This document shows, piece by piece, positions 15,460-22,443 of a DNA stretch of 32,000 bases. The notes below the pieces were generated by a model. That model saw only the letters and a program-made list of their open reading frames with translations. It was not told the origin of the DNA and did not search any database. Every line of letters begins with the position of its first letter. Within the stretch, counting starts at the first letter, position 1. The DNA is from Candidatus Lokiarchaeum ossiferum (lineage in GTDB: Archaea; Asgardarchaeota; Lokiarchaeia; Sigyniarchaeales; Promethearchaeaceae): contig CP104013.1 of NCBI GenBank assembly GCA_025839675.1, positions 2,970,001-3,002,000 on the forward strand, written 5' to 3'. The translations under genes were made by a program, and so were the position numbers.

Positions 15460-18400
15460 TTACAAAGTGAAATAACTACCTGAATTCCCATCAAATTCCA
15501 TAGGAGCATCGCCACCACTGTGAGGATACACTGAAGCAGCATAATCAAAAGCCGCTTCCATCGTTGTGGTTGCACTGCTACCAAAATGGTTGATCAAAGT
15601 ATATTCAAGGAAGTAATAAGTCCAAGCTCCATTATTATGGGCAGAATCATCATATCCATAGCCATCTTCAGTGCATGTGGTTGTGCAATAGACGTTATTA
15701 CTGTTAGGCATGGCCATTAATTCAGGACCAATTCCACCAGAATAACAATGATCAATGAACACAAATATGTCATCAGCAATGGCTCCATCAAGAATAGCAG
15801 CTAATTCAGTGTCATAAAAATCACCATCTTCACCACTTTCACCTGAACCGCAATCCCATGAGCAAATGTATGAACTACCAGATCCAGTACCAGAACCATG
15901 ACCAGAAGTGATATAAACGATTTCACCTTCTTGTTGAGCTAACCAATTCAAATAATATTTGGTATTGGCTTCGGTAGCTAGTCCATCATATTTTGGAAAA
16001 TTAGATGGATGACCATCACCAAGTACTATAATATTTGATTCTTCAAAGCCACAAACTGTGGTAAGATAATTGAAATAATCGGTTACATCTTCATCACAGT
16101 AAGATAAATCCGAAATTGCTTTATAATCAGAGACACCACAAAGTAAAGCATATTTTCCTCCAGTGCTAACCTCGTTATCAACAGTAATCGAAATAGAATC
16201 AATTTGACTATTTCCTGCGGCATCAAAGGCTTGAACTGATATGGTGTGACTACCTTCAGAAAGAGTGGTTGTATCAAAACTCCAGGAATAAGGAGCTGAT
16301 GCATCAGAAGTCCAGGATCCTGAATCAACTCGACATTGGACATCAACTACACCAACATTATCAGTGGCAGATGCAGTTATGGAAATTGTGTCTTCCACAG
16401 TGGCCCCATTAGATGGGGAGGTAATGGAAACGGTTGGTTTTTCATAATCCCCACCTGTTCCTCCAGTATAATAGCTCACAGTAGCGGTATACGCGGTGCT
16501 AGAAGCACTAGATGTGTACATCCGGACTGCAATATAGTAGGTTCCAGCAGTTTGAATGTTATATGAACAGGTTTCTGGATTGCTTGTGGTGTACCCCCGT
16601 GCAAGATATGAAGAATAGGATGCTGTTTGACAAATATACACATCAATATCATAACTTCCACTCCAGGAAACTGAAACGTCCATCATACCAGCTTCTACGG
16701 CAGATAATTCAAAGTAGTCAACTTCAGATCCAGCCACGCTTCCAGTAAGATCACGTTCAATCAATTGAACATCCCCATTATCATTGTCAACGGTGATGCT
16801 AACGTCATCTTCCCCAAAGTTTCCAGCAGCATCATACGCTTGTACCGTAATTGTATGAGCACCATCTGATAGAGTAGTAGTATCTAGTGACCAAGAATAT
16901 GGACTAGTAGAATCAGTTGTCCAAGATCCACTATCGACTTGATATCGAAGATAATCGACACCAACATTATCAGATGCGGATGCAGTTATAGAAATTGTAT
17001 CATCCACAGTGGCTCCATTTGATGGAGATGTGATAGAAATTGTTGGTTTTTCAGTATCAACAACAGTTCCACCAGTATAGTAAGAAACAGTGGTGGTGTA
17101 GCTTGTGCTTGATGCATATGAGGTGTACATTCTTACTGCAATATAATAAGTTCCAGCAGTTTGAATGTTATATGAACAAGTTTCAGGATTGCTAGTAGTA
17201 TAACCTCGTGCTAAATAGTTAGAATAACTAGCGGATGTGCAAATATATACATCAATATCATAACTATTTCCCCATGTGGCAGAAACCTGCATAAGACCAG
17301 GTTCAACATCTGTCAATTCAAAATAATCAACTTCACGTCCAGCAACTGAGCCAGTCAAATCTTCAGTAATTTGATCGGCTTTTTCATCAGCTAATTCATC
17401 AATTACACTTGCAACACCTAAGCTATAATATGATAATTCGGCAGAATAGGCCGTACTAGAAGCCCAGTAAGAGTACATCTTAATCCCAATATAATAAGTT
17501 CCTGCGGTTTGAATTTCATAAGAACAAGTTTCAGGATTATTAGTTGTATATCCTCGAGCAAGATAATTGGTAGTTGATTGAGTTGTTGAGATGTAACAAT
17601 CAATATCATAACTATTTCCCCATGAAACATCTAATTCCATTAATCCTGGTTGAGCTTCTACAATATACCAATCAGTTTCTCCTCGTCCAACACTACCTTC
17701 AAAGGTCTCAGTTATAGGAATTGGATTTGAATTGTCATTTGAGACACTAATTGAAATACTATCTTCATCAAAATTACCGGCTGCATCAAAAGCTTGAACA
17801 GTTATGGAATGACTTCCATCCGATACTGAAGTTGAATCCCAAGTCCAAGTATATGGTGCTGAATAATCTTGAACCCATGATCCAGAATCAATTCTATATT
17901 GAACATAGGAAACACCCACATTATCTGAAGCAGAAGCTTCAATGGCAACATCACCTAAAACAGTATCTCCAGATGATGGATTTGAAATTGCAACGGTAGG
18001 ATCAATTATATCTTCTCCACTGCTTGAACCTTTATAGTAAGATACGGTTGCTGTGTATGCGGTGGAAGAGGCACTACTGGTATACATTCGAATTCCAATA
18101 TAATAAGTTCCGGCTGTTTGAATTTCATAAGAAGTTGTTTCAGGGTTGTTAGTAGTATATCCTCGAGCAAGATAAGAGTTATAATTTGCAGTTTCACAGA
18201 TGTATGCATCAATATCATAACTTCCACTCCAAGAAACTGAAACATCCATCATTCCTGGTTCAACATTAGTAAGTTCAAAATAATCAATTTCAGATCCGGC
18301 GACGGAGCCTACTAAAGATTCAGTCACTAATATTGGACCTGTATAATCTTGATCAACATTTACAGTTATTTCATCAATATCGGTATTTCCTGCTTCATCA

Positions 18401-19950
18401 TATGCTTTTGCGGAAATATCGCGTGATCCGTCAGCTACTGAAGTAGAATCCCAAGTTAAAGCATAAGGAGAAGTTGTATCAGTTCCGATAATACTGCCAT
18501 CAATATAAAATTCGACTTTCGTAACACCTCTATTGTCTGAAGCATCAGCGGTGATTGTGATTGTATCTTGAACAATATCATTTTCTTTTGGATCTGTAAT
18601 AGTTACAGAAGGATCTATAATATCTTCACCAGAATTAGAATATCCTAAAAAGGCTTCAACATCAATTCGTCCACTTCCGTAAGTATTGTCCTTTCCAACT
18701 ACACCCATATCCACGGCACTTGCTTCAACAGCATCCTTAACGTCAGCAGGGGATACTTGGCCGTAGTATAAATCATAATAAAGAGCACATGAACCTGCAA
18801 CAAATGGAGTAGCCATAGAAGTACCACTCATTGTTGTGTATGAAGTTGTTGTACCAGCTCGAGCAGCTGTGATACTCACACCTGGACCACAAACATCAGG
18901 CTTAATTCTTCCATCAGGTAAAGGTCCCCGACTGGAGAAAGATGCAATATTCCATCCACCTTCACCAGGATCACTTACAGCACCTACAGTAATAGCATTG
19001 TATGCGCTTCCTGGAGAACCAATAGTTCCACTGCTAGGGCCAGAGTTTCCTGCTGCAATAACGACAGTTAAACCGCCAGCAACTAACTGATCGGCGGCTT
19101 CAGCGGTAGCATCATATAAGCCCCCATTATCATCCCCTAAACTCATGGATACAATATCGATACCATAAACATCTTTATTGGTTAAACACCACTGCATACC
19201 ATCAATTACTTGTTCATTTGTTCCACTACCAGAATCACTTAACACTTTGACTCCAACTAAGGCAGCTCCAGGAGCAACACCCATGTAATTAGAATTTGCA
19301 TCACCAGTTCCAGCAGCAATGCTAGAACAGTGAGTACCATGGCCATGACCATCATACGGATTGGATTGACCATTAATAGCATCGTACCATCCAATAACTT
19401 TTCCACCATCTAAATCAGCGTGAGAATTATCAATTCCGGTATCAACTACAGCAATAACAACATCATTCTTGCTGTAAGAAGTTGGATTTCCATCCCGATC
19501 CCCATCAACACTATAAGTTTGTCTTCCGGAAATTGCACCTGCATATTCTGCAGCAGTATCCATACATACTGTGAATTCACGGATATCATCTACACCTTTA
19601 ATTGAAGGTGCAGTCTCAAGTGCGGCGCGTATATTAATTGGGACTAACCCAACTACCATATCAAAACTTTCATATATTTTGTCGACAAGAATGCCGTTGG
19701 CTTCTAGGTACTCGTAATCGATACCGTCTTCAAAACCAATAATCTGTCGTTCGTATTCGATAGCATTTTGATCGACAGAAAAACTTTGTCTATATGAAGA
19801 AGATGATAGGGCTGATCCCAGAGTCAAAGACTGCGAAACCAGCATAAATAACATAAGTCCCATGAGTGGGACTATCATTTTATTCAATTTTTTATTCATA
19901 ATCAAACCAAACCCTTGATTATACCTTGATATCGAATTTTTTTTAATCAT
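15460..19950 (-). CDS. Large secreted multidomain protease: signal/anchor, pro-region, subtilisin S8, 4x(Ig-like + PPC-like), clan-CD cysteine peptidase-like domain
   Basis: 1,496 aa.
- S8 motifs: AVVD170TGID, GHGH204GTH, AAGN302SG, SGTS378MATPFVAG.
- Repeat modules span aa 441-1260.
- C-terminal motifs: KYALLCGVSDY…IVYITSGH1351G…FVFIDHC1402YSGG.
- The N-terminal hydrophobic segment is MIVPLMGLMLFMLVSQSLTLGSALS.
- The start may be ATG 19899 (MNKKLNKM…) instead of ATG 19950. Confidence 0.9.
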   Translation of the reverse strand: MIKKNSISRYNQGFGLIMNKKLNKMIVPLMGLMLFMLVSQSLTLGSALSSSSYRQSFSVDQNAIEYERQIIGFEDGIDYEYLEANGILVDKIYESFDMVVGLVPINIRAALETAPSIKGVDDIREFTVCMDTAAEYAGAISGRQTYSVDGDRDGNPTSYSKNDVVIAVVDTGIDNSHADLDGGKVIGWYDAINGQSNPYDGHGHGTHCSSIAAGTGDANSNYMGVAPGAALVGVKVLSDSGSGTNEQVIDGMQWCLTNKDVYGIDIVSMSLGDDNGGLYDATAEAADQLVAGGLTVVIAAGNSGPSSGTIGSPGSAYNAITVGAVSDPGEGGWNIASFSSRGPLPDGRIKPDVCGPGVSITAARAGTTTSYTTMSGTSMATPFVAGSCALYYDLYYGQVSPADVKDAVEASAVDMGVVGKDNTYGSGRIDVEAFLGYSNSGEDIIDPSVTITDPKENDIVQDTITITADASDNRGVTKVEFYIDGSIIGTDTTSPYALTWDSTSVADGSRDISAKAYDEAGNTDIDEITVNVDQDYTGPILVTESLVGSVAGSEIDYFELTNVEPGMMDVSVSWSGSYDIDAYICETANYNSYLARGYTTNNPETTSYEIQTAGTYYIGIRMYTSSASSTAYTATVSYYKGSSSGEDIIDPTVAISNPSSGDTVLGDVAIEASASDNVGVSYVQYRIDSGSWVQDYSAPYTWTWDSTSVSDGSHSITVQAFDAAGNFDEDSISISVSNDNSNPIPITETFEGSVGRGETDWYIVEAQPGLMELDVSWGNSYDIDCYISTTQSTTNYLARGYTTNNPETCSYEIQTAGTYYIGIKMYSYWASSTAYSAELSYYSLGVASVIDELADEKADQITEDLTGSVAGREVDYFELTDVEPGLMQVSATWGNSYDIDVYICTSASYSNYLARGYTTSNPETCSYNIQTAGTYYIAVRMYTSYASSTSYTTTVSYYTGGTVVDTEKPTISITSPSNGATVDDTISITASASDNVGVDYLRYQVDSGSWTTDSTSPYSWSLDTTTLSDGAHTITVQAYDAAGNFGEDDVSITVDNDNGDVQLIERDLTGSVAGSEVDYFELSAVEAGMMDVSVSWSGSYDIDVYICQTASYSSYLARGYTTSNPETCSYNIQTAGTYYIAVRMYTSSASSTAYTATVSYYTGGTGGDYEKPTVSITSPSNGATVEDTISITASATDNVGVVDVQCRVDSGSWTSDASAPYSWSFDTTTLSEGSHTISVQAFDAAGNSQIDSISITVDNEVSTGGKYALLCGVSDYKAISDLSYCDEDVTDYFNYLTTVCGFEESNIIVLGDGHPSNFPKYDGLATEANTKYYLNWLAQQEGEIVYITSGHGSGTGSGSSYICSWDCGSGESGEDGDFYDTELAAILDGAIADDIFVFIDHCYSGGIGPELMAMPNSNNVYCTTTCTEDGYGYDDSAHNNGAWTYYFLEYTLINHFGSSATTTMEAAFDYAASVYPHSGGDAPMEFDGNSGSYFTL
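15463..16164 (-). other. Clan-CD (caspase C14 / legumain C13-like) cysteine-peptidase-like domain at the C-terminus of the large protease (aa 1263-1496)
   Basis: The pattern is hydrophobic strand + DY (KYALLCGVSDY), then …NIIVLGDG…, then strand + HG (EIVYITSGHG), then strand + C (IFVFIDHCYSGG). This matches the His/Cys dyad topology of clan CD. The assignment is by motif only. Confidence 0.6.
16171..18630 (-). repeat. Intragenic tandem modules: four Ig-like domains and four PPC-like (pre-peptidase C-terminal) domains, period about 600 bp
   Basis: - Protein-level order is Ig1-PPC1-Ig2-PPC2-PPC3-Ig3-PPC4-Ig4.
- The two youngest units (about 16174-16749 and 16780-17355) are also recognisable at DNA level. 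For example, CCAGCAGTTTGAATGTTATATGAACA occurs at about 16543 and 17152. Confidence 0.85.
18646..19473 (-). other. Subtilisin-like (MEROPS S8) catalytic domain of the large protease (aa ~160-435)
   Basis: Asp-His-Ser motifs occur in the S8 order, with the oxyanion Asn in AAGNSG. Confidence 0.85.
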
Positions 19951-20327
19951 TTAAAAATAATTAAACGACTCTCAATATCAATGATATTTCATTCATAGTC
20001 TATATAAATATATTGAAAAAACTACCATCATTTTGTTAACAGTAGTAATTTTGAGTTGTTTATATATATTCAATTTTGAAACAGAATTTTGTGATTAAAA
20101 GATAAATTTTGTTAAGTTCTTAATATCTGGTTAATATGGATTGGGAAAAAAAAAGAATATTAAGACAAGGCATTTTTTTACCAATGGTCTGGATGCGAGG
20201 ATCATGCAAATAAAGATCATTCAACTTCGCATAATCGTCCTGTCTATTTTGACGGGCCAAATTTTTCCTGAGGAATTAGAATCTAAGAAAATATGAAAAA
20301 AGATGAGCGCTATCTCATTAAAACTTC

Positions 20328-21554
20328 TTAACTCAAAACAATTCTCAAGAAAACACCTATTATAACTAGGAAAGCAATAATACTTATTCCTAACTTCGAG
20401 AGAAGAAAGTTACGAGTAGGATTGACATGGAAATCGATTGCCTCGTGAGGACACAACTCAGTACAACAATAACAAGTGATGCATTTCTTTTTATCCCAAA
20501 GCGGAACAGTTTTTCCAACTTGTTTTTCTTCCGGAGGAGTTAAAGCATCCACAGGACAGTTTTGCCAGCATTTTCCACATAGTACACACTTGGAAGGATC
20601 CACTTTTAAACGAGATTTGAAGAGAATTTTACCCAGATATTCTGTAATCTTTTTGGGAATTTTAAATTTAGGTATTTTGATGGAAGGGAGTTTGAAAGGT
20701 CGTTTCACCGATTCAATTTTTTCTCCAACGAAGGTATAATCGTCCAGTTTCATGGAACCAAGATTTTTCTGTTCAGCTTTGGGTAAATACATAACTTGGT
20801 TTGGATCCACATCAATAATTTTGCACACTGTTGTATCCAAAGCTACTCCGTCATATCCAGCTAAGATCAGATCCAATTTAACAACGTCTCCAGCCGCTGG
20901 ACCTTTTCCTTCTTGACATAAATAACCATCTATAACAGTTAATTGGGGCGAAGAAACAGAATAAACATCAACTAAAGCGGAAGTGAAAGCATCAACCATT
21001 GGAAATCGCGCATGCATTTGAGCTTTATTCCCCAACATAACGGTCCCAAACATATTTTTAATGCAACAGGTTAGGGTTGTCAATCCATGGGTTTTGATTT
21101 TTGGGATATTTATAATCAAATCAGCATCTTCCAATAAATGTGTACTTGCTATTTCATCTAAAACAAATCCATTTTTAACTGAATAAATTTTTCGGGGAGT
21201 TTTTTCAAGAGGAGCACATTCAACATTTTCATCTATACACACTTGCAGAATTCCACAAGCTTTTAATGCCACCTGGGTAGCATTGGGAGAATTACTCCCT
21301 GAAGAATCACCCACAAAAACACGAGCAGGTTTAAATTGTTTCACCCAGCGAATGACAGCCCGTAAAACTTCAGGATGTGTGGTGACAGCTCGTTCCGCAG
21401 GTTTCCCACTGAGCACATTCGGTTTAATTAAAATGATCATACCTTCCCGAACCATCAATTCTTCAGCATTAATTGCTTTTAATGCGGTAAAAACCGCATT
21501 TTCTACCTCTTCATTATGAATTTTTTGAATTGAAATTAAGTTATTGTGAATCAT
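20328..21554 (-). CDS. DUF362-domain protein with a 2x[4Fe-4S] ferredoxin domain and a C-terminal TM anchor
   Basis: 408 aa.
- DUF362-like N-terminus: ILIKPNVLSGKPAERAVTTHPEVLRAVIRWV…VFVGDSSG.
- Two cluster motifs: CVLCGKCWQNCP and CITCYCCTELCP.
- C-terminal helix: LGISIIAFLVIIGVFLRIVL. Confidence 0.85.
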   Translation of the reverse strand: MIHNNLISIQKIHNEEVENAVFTALKAINAEELMVREGMIILIKPNVLSGKPAERAVTTHPEVLRAVIRWVKQFKPARVFVGDSSGSNSPNATQVALKACGILQVCIDENVECAPLEKTPRKIYSVKNGFVLDEIASTHLLEDADLIINIPKIKTHGLTTLTCCIKNMFGTVMLGNKAQMHARFPMVDAFTSALVDVYSVSSPQLTVIDGYLCQEGKGPAAGDVVKLDLILAGYDGVALDTTVCKIIDVDPNQVMYLPKAEQKNLGSMKLDDYTFVGEKIESVKRPFKLPSIKIPKFKIPKKITEYLGKILFKSRLKVDPSKCVLCGKCWQNCPVDALTPPEEKQVGKTVPLWDKKKCITCYCCTELCPHEAIDFHVNPTRNFLLSKLGISIIAFLVIIGVFLRIVLS

Positions 21555-21662
21555 AAATCTTGCACATTTAACTATTAGCTCCCATTCAATAAAAAATTAA
21601 AAACTCTAAAAACTTTGATAGACAGATTTGAATTTATACAAAGAAAAGGAGGGCGGAAAAAA

Positions 21663-22220
21663 TTAGAAAAGCGCATCTTCATGAATCGTTTCAAGACAAG
21701 AATAAGTGTTTTCAGTTTTTAACCCACTTTTCTCCATAATTTGAAAAATAAAAGATTCCAAACAATCAATACATCCTTCATCTTTAGAAGTAATGGGAAG
21801 AAAAGTTAATTGATGAATTAACGAATATTGAGTAATATTTTCAAGTTCATCGCATGTAAACGGTACTAGATCAATTTTATTCCTAATAATTAAAAATGAG
21901 ACTCTCCGAAGATTTTTTTCTTGAATTTTCATCTTCAAATAGCTAAAAAGTTGAGATGATTGAATTGTGAAATGATCACACACGAAAATAACTAAGTCCA
22001 CACCTTCAATTACTGGGGGAAAATTAAAAAAATCATTTATACTGGTGCCTCCGATTTCAATGAAATTCACATCAGTGGATAATCTTGATAAGTAATAAGT
22101 TTGCAAATCAACCCCAATTGTCGGTAAATAACTGGTTGTAAATTCTCCAGATCCAAATTTTTGCAAGATCTGTGTCTTCCCAACTCCAGGTTCTCCGATA
22201 AGTAATATTTTATAAACCAT
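21663..22220 (-). CDS. Ras/Rab-like small GTPase with a non-canonical G3/switch II
   Basis: 185 aa.
- G1: GEPGVGKT.
- Switch I: YLPTIGVD.
- G3: EIGGTS in place of DTAGQE.
- G4: NKID.
- G5-like: TSK.
- No CAAX or prenylation tail. Confidence 0.85.
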   Translation of the reverse strand: MVYKILLIGEPGVGKTQILQKFGSGEFTTSYLPTIGVDLQTYYLSRLSTDVNFIEIGGTSINDFFNFPPVIEGVDLVIFVCDHFTIQSSQLFSYLKMKIQEKNLRRVSFLIIRNKIDLVPFTCDELENITQYSLIHQLTFLPITSKDEGCIDCLESFIFQIMEKSGLKTENTYSCLETIHEDALF

Positions 22221-22443
22221 TTAGAATCCCTTTTTATCTTACTAATAGGTTGTTCTCTACTTCAATTTGAATTATTAGTTTTAGAAATATATCTATAAAC
22301 TTTACAATAAAAATGTCAGTTCTCCGAACTTTTCATAGTCAAGTAACTGTCTATCAAATGGTTCGAGCTAAATTTTTGAATTTTAGTAAAAACTATCAAA
22401 TTACATTTAATTACAACTAAGGGAAAAACTAGGGTAGAGAAAA

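Noticed and set aside
15460-19950. Periodic repeats that could be mistaken for a CRISPR array or satellite. Ten short ORFs also lie on both strands inside this span: 16083-16346, 16336-16566, 16476-16661, 16512-16748, 17418-17630, 17751-17999, 18006-18245, 18836-19090, 19420-19605.
   Set aside because: The repeats are about 600 bp long, in frame, and encode Ig-like/PPC protein modules of one continuous 1,496-aa ORF. There is no short repeat/spacer organisation. The small ORFs are out-of-frame or antisense shadows with low-complexity translations.
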